From NCBI GenBank assembly GCA_010909165.1, contig MU008202.1, positions 400,336 through 464,335 of the forward strand: a stretch of 64,000 nucleotides of DNA. The letters are read 5' to 3'. Under the pieces are notes generated by a model. It had not been told where the DNA came from and made no database searches. It saw only the letters and a list, made by a program, of their open reading frames with translations. The translations under genes and the position numbers were made by a program. Origin of the DNA: Anthoceros angustus (lineage: Eukaryota; Plantae; Anthocerotophyta). Shown one piece after another: positions 1 through 12,800 of this stretch (the first letter of the stretch is position 1; every line of letters starts with the position of its first letter).

Positions 1-3000
1 TTCATGATCTCACTGTCAAACTTGGGTACGATTCGAATGCATACTTGGGGAACCATATCGTGCGCATGTATGCATGTGGAGGTAGGCTAGAGGAGGCCAT
101 GGATGTGTTCACCAGGGTGGGCAAACCAAATGCCTTCATGTGGTTTTCCATAATTTCTGCACATGCTAAGCACGGGAGACCTAATGAGGCCATACAACTG
201 TACCATGAGATGCGTAGGTCGGGAGTGCAGGCGGATGCTCACGTGTTTGTAGCTGCCCTTCAAGCTTGTGCATTTGCTGCCGACTTGGAATCTGGCAGAA
301 GAGTGCACTGTGATGTGTTGCACAGTGGCATTCCACTTAACTTGTTTGTTGGCACCTGCCTCGTGGACATGTATGCAAAATGTGGGGAACTGAAGATGCA
401 CGCCAGGTCTTTGACAGCATGGCGTCAAAGAATGTGGTGACATGGAATGCACTGATTGCTGGGTATGCACAGCAAGGGCTCGGACATGAGGCGCTTGTTC
501 TGTATGGACAAATGGAGCAGGAGGGCCTCATTTTATCTGACCATGTTACTTTTGCTTGCCTTCTGAAGGCCTGTGCACTGGTGCCTTACAGAAGGGCAGG
601 CAGCTGCACTCAGATTGTGAAAGAGGACTGCTGGATGACGTAGTGGTGGGCAACTGCCTGGTGGACATGTATGCAAAATGTGGTGAACTGAAGATGCACG
701 CCAGGTTTTTGACAGCTTGGCCACAAAGGATGTGGTGACATGGAATGCCCTGATTGCTGGGTATGCACAGCAAGGGCTCGGACATGAGGCGCTTGTTGTG
801 TATGGACAAATGGAGCAGGAGGGCCTGATTTTGGCTAACCATGTTACTTTTGCTTGCCTTCTGAAGGCCTGTGCAAGCACTGGTGCCTTACAGAAGGGCA
901 GGCAGCTGCACTCACAGATTGTTGAAAGAGGACTGCTGGATGACGTAGTGGTGGGCAACTGCCTGGTGGACATGTATGCAAAATGTGGTGAACTGGAAGA
1001 TGCACGCCAGGTTTTTGACAGCTTGGCCACAAAGGATGTGGTGACATGGACTGCCCTGATTGCTGGGTATGCACAGCAAGGTCTCGGCCAAGAGGCACTT
1101 GCTTTGTATGGACAAATGGAGCAAGAGGGCCTGATTGTGGCTGACTTTGTTACCTTTGCTTGCCTTCTCAAGGCTTGTGCTAACGCTGGTGCATTACAGA
1201 AGGGCAGGCAGCTGCACTCACAGATTGTGAAAGAGGACTGCTGGATAACATAGTGGTGGGCACTGCCTGGTGGACATGTATGCAAAATGTGGTGAACTGG
1301 AAGATGCACGCCAGGTTTTTGACAGCATGGCCACAAAGGATGTGGTGACATGGAATGCCCTGATTGCTGGGTATGCACAGCAAGGACTCGCCAAGAGGCG
1401 CTTGTTGTATGGACAAATGGAGGAGGCGGGCCTCATTTTGGCTGACCATGTTACTTTTGCTTGCCTTCTGAAGGCCTGTGCAAGCACTGGTGCCTTACAG
1501 AAGGGCAGGCAGCTGCACTCACAGATTGTGAAAGAGGACTGCTGGATAATGTAGTGGTGGGCACCTGCCTGGTGGACATGTATGCAAAATGTGGTGAACT
1601 GGAAGATGCACGCCAGGTTTTTGACAGCCCACAAAGGATGTGGTGACATGGAATGCCCTGATTGCTGGGTATGCACAGCAAGGACTCGCCAAGAGGCGCT
1701 TGTGTATGGACAAATGGAGGAGGGCCTCATTTTGGCTGACCATGTTACTTTTGCTTGCCTTCTGAATGCCTGTGGAAGCACTGGTGCCTTACAAAAGGGC
1801 AGGCAGCTGCACTCACTGATTGTCGAAAGAGGACTGCTGGATGACGTTGTCGTGGGCACTTGCCTGGTGGACATGTATGCAAAATGTGGTGAACTGGAAG
1901 ATGCACGCCAGGTTTTTGACAGCTTGGCCACAAAGGATGTGGTGACATGGAATGCCCTGATTGCTGGGTATGCACAGCAAGGACTCGGCCAAGAGGCGCT
2001 TGTTGTGTATGGACAAATGGAGGAGGCGGGCCTCATTTTGGCTGACCATGTTACTTTTGCTTGCCTTCTGAAGGCCTGTGCAAGCACTGGTGCCTTACAG
2101 AAGGGCAGGCAGCTGCACTCGCAGATTGTTGAAAGAGGACTGCTGGATAACGTAGTGTTGGGCAACTGCCTGGTGGACATGTATGCAAAATGTGGTGAAC
2201 TGGAAGATGCACGCCAGGTTTTTGACAGCAGGAACACAAAGGATGTGGTGACGTGGAATGCCCTGATATCTGGCTATGGTGCTTGTGACGAAGGTCACAA
2301 GGCACTAGCTTGTTTTGAGGAGATGTTAGTGGCCGGAACTCAGCCTAATGATGCAACTTTTACTTGCCTTCTAGTAGCATGCAGTCATGAGGGACTGGTC
2401 CACGAGGGTCGCAAGCACTTTGATTCCATGGCTGAACAGCATGGCATCAAACCTACTCGTCAGCACTACAATTGCATGATTGATCTTCTTGGGCGTGCAG
2501 GCCATTTGGATGAGGCAGAGAAGATGCTACTATCATGCGAGGACCAGTGTGATGTTGTGGGATTGACGTCCTTGTTGAATGCCTGCAAAAGTCACGGGGA
2601 TATAGAGAGGGCGATGTGGTGTTTTGAAAGCATTGTTAGGCTGGATCCTCAGCAGGCGCCCGCCTATGTGCTCATGGCCAATGCCTATGCCGATGCAGGT
2701 AGGTGGGCCGATGTAGACAGGATTGAAACGGAGAGAAGGGCAGCAGGGGCTAACAAGAAACCAGCAGTGGCGACCATTGAGGTGAACAAGCAGGTACATC
2801 GATTTCTGGTGGGAGCAAGGAGAGAGGATATTGCGCTTAAGGTAGAGAGCACGAATGCACGTGTGAAGCAGGAAGGGGGCCACGTACCTCACACAAAGTT
2901 GGTGTTGAAGCCAGTGTGTGAGAAGGAAAAGGAAGATGCGCTATGCGGGCATGCTGAGAAGCTAGCGTTGGCGTTTGGTCTCTTGAACACTCCGGGTGGG

Positions 3001-3159
3001 ACCCCACTGGTGGTAACGAAGAATCTGCGCATGTGCAGTGACTGCCACAGTTCCACGGAGATCATGTCAAGGCTTGAACGGAGAAACATTGTTGTGAGGG
3101 ATAGTTACCGTGTGCATCGATTCGCAGCTGGCTCTTGCAGTTGTAAGGGTCGACCGTGA
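1..3159 (+). CDS. PLS-class PPR protein with E1/E2 and DYW:KP (GRP-type) deaminase-like domain; putative organellar U-to-C RNA editing factor; 5' end outside the window; apparent frameshifts in the repeat array
   Basis: Frame is open from position 3 (HDLTVKLGYDSNAYLGN...). Repeated P-L-S triplets (VVTWNALIAGYAQQG.../HVTFACLLKAC.../VVVGNCLVDMYAKCG...) are followed by P2-L2-S2, E1, E2 and a C-terminal domain from 2758 with KPAVA, HAEKLA, CSDCH, ending CSCKGRP* at 3159. Confidence 0.92.
340..2250 (+). repeat. Coding tandem repeat, nominal unit 306 bp (36+35+31 aa P-L-S triplet), about 6 near-identical copies
   Basis: Anchor GTGGACATGTATGCAAAATGTGG at 363, 661, 966, 1270, 1572, 1867 and 2173 (spacings 298, 305, 304, 302, 295, 306). 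Confidence 0.95.
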
Positions 3160-4109
3160 GAATCATGAAGAAGTAGGCAGTGCCATCTGGCTGGGGCATG
3201 AAGTTGGGCGAGCTCACCAGCGAGGCACAGGCAGCTGTAGGCGATCAGGGATCGGAGCTGCAAGCCTGGAAATCTGAATCGGGGCTGCGCCTGCTGCATT
3301 ATACTTGTATATGCGGCAGGGGGCGCGGCGTTGTGAACATCCCAACTATGTGTTCCACTTCGCGATGCAGGGCCACAGCAGAGGTGGTAATCACTACCAC
3401 TCCGCCCATCCCTCAGGTGTGCTTCCTCCTCCTCTCTTGTTTCTGCTTCTCACAGTTGCTTCTTACTAACCACTATCAAGCTCCTTCCTTCTCCTTCCCC
3501 ACTCACCCGTTAAGCATTGTTGACATGATGTGCAATCAATCACAGGACGGAAGCTCGGATAACTTGAAGGCCTGCGGTCTGGTCGAGCTGCGGATGCACT
3601 AACCCACCAACTCAGACGCAAGGCTCTCCGCAACCAAGTTTGCTCTTCTCTAGCCCACATCTCTTGGGTGGCGCTTAGGGTGGGGAATTAGCTGTCCACT
3701 GATTCTCCAAACGGTCGCGTGGTAATATTTTGTGGGGAGTGGCAATATTTTTCCAAGTGGCCATGTATTCAGAAGTGCGGCGAATGGGAAGATGCCGGAT
3801 ATTTGTGTGCTTGGCCACAACAAAGTGGTAACATTGCATCACCCTTATACATAATATACAATTACGCACATTCCTTCAGGTAGACGACCTTGTCTTCTCC
3901 TTCAGCTCCCCGGTAAATGAGCCTGTCCTCTCCTTCAGCTCCTTACCATAGCTGCCATCCTACCACAAGAATTGACTGTGACTGATGCTAAACACACTGC
4001 CTGATCCAGATTTGCCATGCATTCACCATGGACAAGGCAGCAGCAGCAGAGGAATAAGCAAACCCTGAAGCGTGTTGAGTCGTGAAAGAGACTGCGGTAG
4101 TGTGGATTC

Positions 4110-5143
4110 TCAGGCTTGGAGGGCTTCCTGATGAGGACCAGTGGAGCAGGTGGTCGTCTGAGGATGGGGAGCAGATAGCAATCGCAAGGCGAGCTCATAG
4201 GCAGAGAAAATGGCACCATTCACTATGTAAGCCCGCGCCACAGCAGCTCCAAGGCCTCGAAACAGGACGGAATATCCTTCCTCCTGCACACTCTTCCTCA
4301 AGCAGTCAGCAATACCGGCATATCTCGGCTTAGTCGGGGACTGGGCCTGCAGCCTGGACTTGACGACATCCAGAGGGTAACAGCACACCCAGCTCACCAC
4401 TCCCGCGAGGCCACCAGCGGTGAGCATGGTCATGACGCTCTCTTGCCCGTTCTTCCGGCACCCGGGCGACAGCTGCTCCCTCACATACTCGTAGGTGACG
4501 AAGTAGACGGCATGGCTCGGGGCGTCTCGCAGAGCTGTGATGGTAAGCCCCCGGTACAGGCCTCGCACGCCTTCAGCTCGGACAATCTTGTTGGCCAGAG
4601 CGTGGGGCCCGATCTCCCGCGTTCCTCCCAGTCTGGCCGTCTCTAGCTGCAGTCGGATCTTGATGAGGTCGACGGGCGTGAGGATGATAGTCTGGATTGC
4701 GCCTGCACCTGCTCCGGCCAAGGCTGTCTTGGAGTACGAGAGGGGATCGCGGGAGCCGGGGTCTGATAAGGCTCTTTTCAGAAGAGAGTAGGCTTGGAAG
4801 GCCACGGCATTCTGCAGCAATCCAGGACGGTGAAGGAAAGCAGGACTTGAGGAAGAAAGGACGAAGCAAAGATGAGAAAGGCGTACTATACCTGGAACCC
4901 GATGGTAGCAAGCGGTGGTCCCATTCCTCTGAACAGGGTCAGAGGACCTTCCGAGGCGGCAATCTTACGCATCATCGCAACAGCGGAGACAGGGTCAGTG
5001 GAGAGACAGGAGCGCGGCTGCTGCAACCGAATTCTGACGGTATCCAGAGGATGGCCGGCCACCACTCCCGCCATCCCCCCGAGCGCTCCCGCCAAAAACT
5101 CCTTCCCCCAGGAGCCCGCGAGGAACTCCGGCCAGAACTCCAT
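4110..5143 (-). CDS. BAC2: Mitochondrial basic amino acid (arginine/ornithine) carrier, SLC25 family; 2 exons (5143-4892, 4811-4110)
   Basis: N-terminus MEFWPEFLAGSWGKEFLAG. Three carrier signatures (PLDTVRIR, PVDLIKIR, PLDVVKSR). An 80-bp GT-AG intron joins ...IGFQ|NAVAFQ... in frame. Confidence 0.9.
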
Positions 5144-6134
5144 CTCCGGTGATTCGTCTCACACCACTGCTGGCCTGCATGCGCAGCGCGGAGGAGAGTG
5201 ACATGCTGTGACCTACACAATGACAATTAAGGCTGTGAATCTTGAGCAAGGCAGAGCTCAGCGTACATGCATTTGCACTTGCCAGGAAGAGGCAGATCGC
5301 GCCGTCCGGATCCCGGGGTGCACAGAGCGCTCGTCCGCTGCCCTCTTATCCTCTGCCAGTCAAGATCCCTTATTCACGCCTAGAAACACGCCTTGCATCT
5401 GCCAAGCGCCCGCCAACATCCTTTGATTCGATCCTTGGAAATCGCCTCTCTCTCTTCCCTTTCTCCTCCAGGCTTTCCTTGGCGAGCAGCTGGTCAGGCC
5501 ATCCCATCCCATCCCATCCTCCTCCTCCTCTTCTTCTCGGTGAGACACGCAAAGCGTCAATAATAATCAGCCTCTTCCTCGCCATGATGCTCAGACACCC
5601 TGAAGGAGTCCACTGCAAAGCGAGCTCGCCGCCTTACTTCCTTCGTACGTCGGCTATACAGACAAGTATTTGTATGCACAGGCTCAGACAATCTACACCG
5701 GTACCTTGTCCTTGAGTTTCTGCGAACGACCTGCGGGTCAATGGCAGTCGACGAATCCAAATGCGGAGGGAGTGGAAATCGGAGTGTCTCCGTGTGCATT
5801 GAAAGAGAGCAGTTACCAGTATCACCGCATTCCTACTGGCTTCCCTCACCACGATCGCAACCTGCCAGTTCATTCACGTCAAGGGTCCATGGCTGCAGTT
5901 CCTGGTCAAGTTCCATTGCACCAAAAGGAATTCGAAGACGCTCGCCAGCCAACCCTCAGTGTCACGACTACATATGGCTACAAATAGTGGAGCCACACAA
6001 GCTTACGTCATCCGTTCCTCTCCTTCGACAGTTAAAGTTGTCTCTGGACATTCCACCTGGAGGCTGGAGCGCACCACTCCGCCTCTCCTCGAGTCGACCA
6101 AAAGTGAAGACCCCAATTAAGTGAAGCTGCTAAA

Positions 6135-6365
6135 ATGGCGCGCCTGCAGCTGCAGCTGGGTTGGACGATGTTTGTCTCCTTCGCCGTCATGTACGCTGTT
6201 ATGCACACGCATTGGCCGCAGACGAGGACCCCAACAGGACTTGTAGGATGGTGACCGGCACCCCGGCCATCAACGGCTTCCCCTGCAACACGGCGAGCGC
6301 CACCGTGGCAGCCGACTTCAAGTCGTCCGTGCTGGCCACGCCACGCAACACTAACGACAATATAT
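6135..6365 (+). pseudogene. Germin-like protein 5' fragment, copy 1 (frameshifted)
   Basis: Signal-peptide-like start MARLQLQLGW..., then ADEDP..C...INGFPC...VAADFKSSVLATPRNT, matching the GLP N-terminal box. No cupin motifs; runs into AT-rich DNA. Confidence 0.7.
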
Positions 6366-9130
6366 TATTTAGGGTTTTGTGGTGTAGAATCATAATATCA
6401 TACACCGTAGAAGGTTTTTTTATTTTTATTTGTTTTTAATTTTAAATAATTATTTACTTAGAAGTAGAAAAATAATCATGTACTTGCCGAAAACCAAGTA
6501 TATAGATTTTTCAATACTCGAACCAGCCCGATTTACCAATACTCGAACCACCCCGCTCTAGCTCGCGACTAATTAACCCCAGAAGGCCGGCTGCCTTTTT
6601 GCCCCATTTTTGGCGTTTTTGCTGTTATTATGAATTACTAATTACAGGAAAATCTGACCTCAATGTTCTCAATACCACAATTACCGTGAGGACCTCCTCT
6701 TTCCAACCATATGATCAGAAAAAAGCACCACCCCCTCAATGAACATGCACAAATTTCCATAGCCATTTCCATCCACCTTGGGCACGACCGTGAGGTGAGC
6801 ATCTTTCTTTGCCTACCAATGTGTACATACTTGCTCGTTGAGCAAACTACACTACTAGATTCCCCACATTCAGCACAACAAGCTCGCAAAATTTAGGATG
6901 AATTCGAGTTTCTTTCATTGACCAAAACAATTTTGAAAAATCAAATCCAACATCAAACCAGTCCAAAACTAGTGAACCCCCTTAGCGCCCAGCTCCAGCA
7001 GTGAAGCCGGAGTGTACCCCCAATCCCGCACGTACTGTCCCCATTACCGGCGCCCACCCGTTCGCGACCGCGCATGGCCTGGCCCTCCTACCCAACCCAA
7101 ACAAGCGACAGGCCGTCCACCCACTACCACCAACCGGTGCCTCCTCTCTCCTGTCCTCCATCGCAGCCCCCTCTCAATCCTCGGACTTTGCCTGCCTTAC
7201 AAGCCTGGGAAACATAAAAACAACTTGCCTTACCTCAATCTTCAGCGGGTGCCTGAGACTGCGCGGAGGAAACAAAAATGCATGTGATCTTCCCGCCACC
7301 AGCGCATACCCGCGGCGCCCCCCCATTGCGTGGCATACTCGGACAATCAAGTCACACGCCTCTAGAACTTGGAAACGCCCTCATCTGTCACGTTGAAATG
7401 CAGATAGCAAAGTGCTCAGTTCTGTTGTAGACGAAGGGAAGCCTGTGCTGGCATTCGAAGAAGTTTGCCCCGTCGACATCCTTCTGCACAATGCTCATGT
7501 TTCCCACAAGACGGGAAGGAGTTACCACCACGTTCCTCAGACACTTATGCGGACCAATCCAGATGCACATGTGAAAGGGCTCCCACTCCGACCCAACTGT
7601 CCGCATGCAAGTCTTGAATCCCCATTCTGAACCCGCGACATAATCTAGCTCCCTCTCTATCAGCTGCCAGAGATTGCCGCCAATTCTCCTTTCCTTCTCA
7701 GAAGAATTCTGATGCGCCCCAACTGCTATTTCTTTCTCCACAACTACAATGTCGAATTCGCTCCCGAATAGTGCAGGCTCAAAAACCATGGTAACTGCCA
7801 GCGTTCCAATCTCGATCGTCAAGCTTGCCGTCCGCAACACCTCCACACTCCTTATCGCAGCAAGGACTATTGCGACGTGCTTGCCTAGCTCCTTAGCGCG
7901 CTCTAGCATCCCCTGCCCAAGCCGTGCAGCCGTTGCTCCCATCTGCAAACAGGGCTCCCTGAGGCTGCATTTTCCCCTAGCCCTTCCTCTCCCACAGGCT
8001 CCTTCGACTCCTCTGTTCTTGATGTGGGATACAATTTATGTTTGTGGTTGGAGGTCAAAATTTCTTGAGCGCAAGAATTGTCTTCACCACCTTTTTCCCT
8101 CCTGGGTCTCAGGGGCCCACCGCCTTAGCGCCGATGCACCTCACTCACGGCCTTTAGGAGTTCCAAGTGGTAGTAGGCGAAGTTCGAGTCTACTTGCTGG
8201 ATGGCTTCCTCCACATGGGCCCGCAAGGCTCGATACTCCCACCTCCATTGGTGCTCGTAGTGCGTGCTCCCCCACTCGGGCCGTCGCCTTCCGCCTTCCA
8301 GCCGAGCCTTGGCGGCATCTCGAGAGGCCATAAGGGAAGCCTCCTGAGCTCCCCGGAGCCGCCGCTCACGGCGTGCTCCCTTCCCCTGCTCCGCCTTGCA
8401 TCTGCCAAGCGCCCGCCAACATCCTTTGATTCGATCCTTGGAAATCGCCTCTCTCTTCCCTTTCTCCTCCAGGCTTTCCTTGGCGAGCAGCTGGTCAGGC
8501 CATCCCATCCCATCCCATCCTCCTCCTCCTCTTCTTCTCGGTGAGACACGCAAAGCGTCAATAATAATCAGCCTCTTCCTCGCCATGATGCTCAGACACC
8601 CTGAAGGAGTCCACTGCAAAGCGAGCTCGCCGCCTTACTTCCTTCGTACGTCGGCTATACAGACAAGTATTTGTATGCACAGGCTCAGACAATCTACACC
8701 GGTACCTTGTCCTTGAGTTTCTGCGAACGACCTGCGGGTCAATGGCAGTCGACGAATCCAAATGCGGAGGGAGTGGAAATCGGAGTGTCTCCGTGTGCAT
8801 TGAAAGAGAGCAGTTACCAGTATCACCGCATTCCTACTGGCTTCCTCACCACGATCGCAACCTGCCAGTTCATTCACGTCAAGGGTCCATGGCTGCAGTT
8901 CCTGGTCAAGTTCCATTGCACCAAAAGGAATTCGAAGACGCTCGCCAGCCAACCCTCAGTGTCACGACTACATATGGCTACAAATAGTGGAGCCACACAA
9001 GCTTACGTCATCCGTTCCTCTCCTTCGACAGTTAAAGTTGTCTCTGGACATTCCACCTGGAGGCTGGAGCGCACCACTCCGCCTCCTCGAGTCGACCAAA
9101 AGTGAAGACCCCACCAAGTGAAGCTGCTAA

Positions 9131-9358
9131 ATGGCGCGCCTGCAGCTGCAGCTGGGTTGGACGATGTTTGTCTCCTTCGCCGTCATGTACGCTGTTATGC
9201 ACGCATTGGCCGCAGACGAGGACCCCAACAGGACTTGTAGGATGGTGACCGGCACCCCGGCCATCAACGGCTTCCCCTGCAACACGGCGAGCGCCACCGT
9301 GGCAGCCGACTTCAAGTCGTCCGTGCTGGCCACGCCACGCAACACTAACGACAATATA
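9131..9358 (+). pseudogene. Germin-like protein 5' fragment, copy 2
   Basis: MARLQLQLGWTMFVSFAVMYAVMHALAADEDPNRTCRMVTGTPAINGFPCNTASATVAADFKSSVLATPRNTNDN; truncated before the cupin motifs. Confidence 0.72.
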
Positions 9359-9854
9359 TTATTTAGGGTTTTGTGGTGTAGAATCATAATATCATACACC
9401 GTAGAAGGTTTTTTATTTTTATTTGTTTTAATTTTAAATAATTATTTACTTAGAAGTAGAAAAATAATCATGTACTTGCCGAAAACCAAGTATATAGATT
9501 TTTCAATACTGAACCAGCCCGATTTACCAATACTGAACCACCGAGTGGTCTCCCACTCCGACCCAACTGTCGCATGCAAGTCTTGAATCCCCATTCGAAC
9601 CCGCGACATAATCTAGCTCCTCTATCACCGCCGAGATTGCCGCCAATTCTCCTTTCCTTCTCGGAAGAATTGGCGCTCTCGCTATTTCTTTCTCCACAAC
9701 TACAATGTCGAATTCGCCCCGAATAGTGCAGCTCAAAACCATGGTAATCGCCATTGCCCAATCTCGATCGTCAAGCTTGCCGTCCGCAACACCTCCACAC
9801 TCCTTATCGCAGCAAGGACTATTGCGACGTGCTTGCCTAGCTCCTTAGCGCGCT

Positions 9855-12800
9855 CTAGCATCCCCTGCCCAAGCCGTGCAGCCGTTGCTCCCATCTGCAA
9901 ACAGGGCTCCCTGAGGCTGCATTTTCCCCTAGCCCTTCCTCTCCCACAGGCTCCTTCGACTCCTCTGTTCTTGATGTGGGATACAATTTATGTTTGTGGT
10001 TGGAGGTCAAAATTTCTTGAGCCAGACGAAGAATTGTCTTCACCAGCCTTTTTTCCCTCTGGGTCTCTGTGGGGCCTACTGCCTTAGCGGGCTGATGCAC
10101 CTCACTCACGGCCTTTAGGAGTTCCAAGTGGTAGTAGGCGAAGTTCGAGTCTACTTGCTGGATGGCTTCCTCCACATGGGCCCGCAAGGCTCGATACTCC
10201 CACCTCCATTGGTGCTCAGGTAGTCGGGCGTGCTCCCCCACTCGCTGGGCCGTCTCGTCTTCCAGTCCTTCCAGCCGAGCCTTGGCGGCATCTCGAGAGG
10301 CCATAAGGGAAGCCTCCGTGAGCTCCCCGGAGCCGCCGCTCACGGCGTGCTCCCTTCCCTGCTCCGCCTTGCAGTTTCCTGGCGTCGCCACGACCTAGAT
10401 TTGCCCCTCTACTTGACGCAGTCGGATCAGCAACTTTTGCTCCTCCACCTTCCACTAGTGCCGATCGGCCACCTCCCCGCTGAGGCATTCTACTTCCTTC
10501 TGGAGTTACTCCGGGACCTGAACCAGCTGAGTGGTCTCCTTGAGCTCCTTTGAGAGCTCCTAGACATCCAGTTGTTTGCTTCTACAGCGGATCTTCTCCG
10601 CCCCGAGGCTGAGTTGGAGCCGGTCCACCTCTCGCTCGAAGTTCTCGATCTTGCCTTGCAGAAGTCAGTTCCTTTCTTCCACCACATGGAGCCGCAATTC
10701 CAGGGTCTCCTTCTCCGCTTCCCTTAGCTGCCGCACCTCCTCAACCCCTTGGAGCTCGTTGGGAGTTCCCTTAGCTCACCAAGTGCATTTCATTTCCATG
10801 GGCAACCCGAGCTTGGCAACCTTAGCTCGCCAAGTTCCCTTACCCGGGTCTCCCTTTAGGTTGGCGACCTCCTGCTCTCGCTCCCTCAGTCGGGTTATGG
10901 TTACTCCAGCCGCTTCCCTCTACCAATTCCAGTCCCGGCGGTAGTGTTCCTGGTCCAACCTGGCTCTTGCCTCTGCGTCCCTCACTTCCTTAAGTTGGGA
11001 CTCCAGGGCTTGTCGCTCTTCTTGCCGGGCGGTCTCTTCTGCCTCTCGGGCTTCTTCCGCTGGTCGCCAGTGCCTTCTCGGTTGCGTGTTGTGCCTTCTC
11101 CAGCTCTTGGCTCAAGGCCTCTGCTTGGGCTTGGGCCTCTTGCGCCTGTTTCGGTCCTGTAGAGCGGACCTAGCCTCCCGTTCTGCTGTTCGGTGCTTCT
11201 CCTCCTCGATTCTTGCCAGGTTCTCCGCCTTCAGCCTGGCAGCCTGGGCCGCTTTTGTTTGGCCTTGGAGCTTGACCATGCGTCGCCGAGTGGCCTCGAC
11301 CTCCTGCGTCTTCTCGGAGGCTTGTTAAAGCCCCTGTGCCATGCCGTCCGCTAGAGCGGTCAAGACCCTCCGAGCTCCTTCGACGTGGCGGGTGAGCTTC
11401 CTTCAAACTCACTTCCTTAAGTTAGGACCTGTGGCTTGTCGCTCTTCTTGCCGGGCGGTCTCTTCCGCCTCTCGGGCTTCACCGGGTCGCTGCCTTCTCA
11501 TGTGTTGTGCCTTCTCCAGCTCTTGGCTCAAGGCCTCTGCACAGGCTTGGGCCTCTGCGCTGTTCGATCGTGAAGAGCGGACCTAGCCTCCTGCTCGGTG
11601 CTTCTCCTCCTCGATTCTTGCTGTGTTCTCCGCCTCACCGGCACTGGCCGCTTTGTTTGGCCTGAGCTTGACCATGCGCCGAAAGTGGCCTCGACCTCCT
11701 GCCTTCCTGAGGCTTGTTAAAGCCCCTGTGCCATGCCGTCCGCTAGAGCGGTCAAGACCCTCCGAGCTCCTTCGACGGCCGTGGCGGGTGAGCTTCCTTC
11801 AAACTCACTTCCTTAAGTTAGGACCTGTGGCTTGTCGCTCTTCCTACCGGACTGCGCCTCCTGCTCACCGGGTCGCCTGTGCCTTCTCATGTGTTGTGCC
11901 TTCTCCAGCTCTTGGCTCAAGGCCTCTGCACAGGCTTGGGCCTCTGCGCTGTTCGATCGTGAAGAGCGACCTAGCCTCCTGCCTGCTCGGTGCTTCTCCT
12001 CCTCGATTCTTGCTAGGTTTTCCGCCTCACCGGCTGGGCCGCTTTGTTTGGCCTTGGAGCTTGACCATGCCGAGTGGCCTCGACCTCCTGCGTCTTCTCG
12101 GAGGCTTGTTAAAGCCCCTGTGCCATGCCGTCGCTAGAGCGGTCAAGACCCTCCGAGCTCCTTCGACGTGGCGGGTGAGCTTCCTTCAAACTCACTTCCT
12201 TAAGTTAGGACCTGTGGCTTGTCGCTCTTCTTGCCGGGCGGTCTCTTCCGCCTCTCGGGCTTCACCGGGTCGCTGCCTTCTCATGTTGTGCCTTCTCCAG
12301 CTCTTGGCTCAAGGCCTGGGCTTGGGCCTCTGCGCTGTTCGATCGTGAAGAGCGACCTAGCCTCCTGCCTGCTCGGTGCTTCTCCTCGATTCTTGCTAGG
12401 TTTTCCGCCTCACCGGCACTGGCCGCTTTGTTTGGCCTCGAGCTTGACCATGCGTCGCCGAGTGGCCTCGACCTCCCATGTCTTCTCGGAGGCTTGTTAA
12501 AGCCCCTGTGCCATGCCGTCGCTAGAGCGGTCAAGACCCTCCGAGCTCCTTCGACGTGAGCTTCCTTCAAACTCACTTCCTTAAGTTAGGACTGTGGCTT
12601 GTCGCTCTTCCTCACCGGCGGACTCTGCGCCTCTCGGGCTTCTTCCTGTGCCTTCTCATGTGTTGTGCCTTCTCCAGCTCTTGGCTCAAGGCCTCTGCTT
12701 GGGCTTGGGCCTCTTGCGCCTGTTTCGGTCCTGTAGAGCGGACCTAGCCTCCCGTTCTGCTGTTCGGTGCTTCTCCTCCTCGATTCTTGCCAGGTTCTCC

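Larger units (their letters stand above)
5389..10373. repeat. Tandem segmental duplication A-B-C / A'-C' (A 5389-6552 = A' 8392-9542; C 7580-8400 = C' 9550-10373; B 6553-7579 single copy)
   Basis: Near-identical sequence seen by direct comparison, with duplicated ORF translations. 9-bp microhomology CGCCTTGCA at the C/A' join. Confidence 0.9.

Noticed and set aside
380-1730. Calling the PPR gene a pseudogene because of many frameshifts
   Set aside because: The disruptions are small deletions confined to near-identical repeats, while the unique 3' part is intact. This fits unpolished long-read errors better than decay, but needs read-level confirmation.
533-2305. Long antisense ORFs over the PPR array
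   Set aside because: Shadow frames of the repeated sense-strand coding sequence; no independent motifs.
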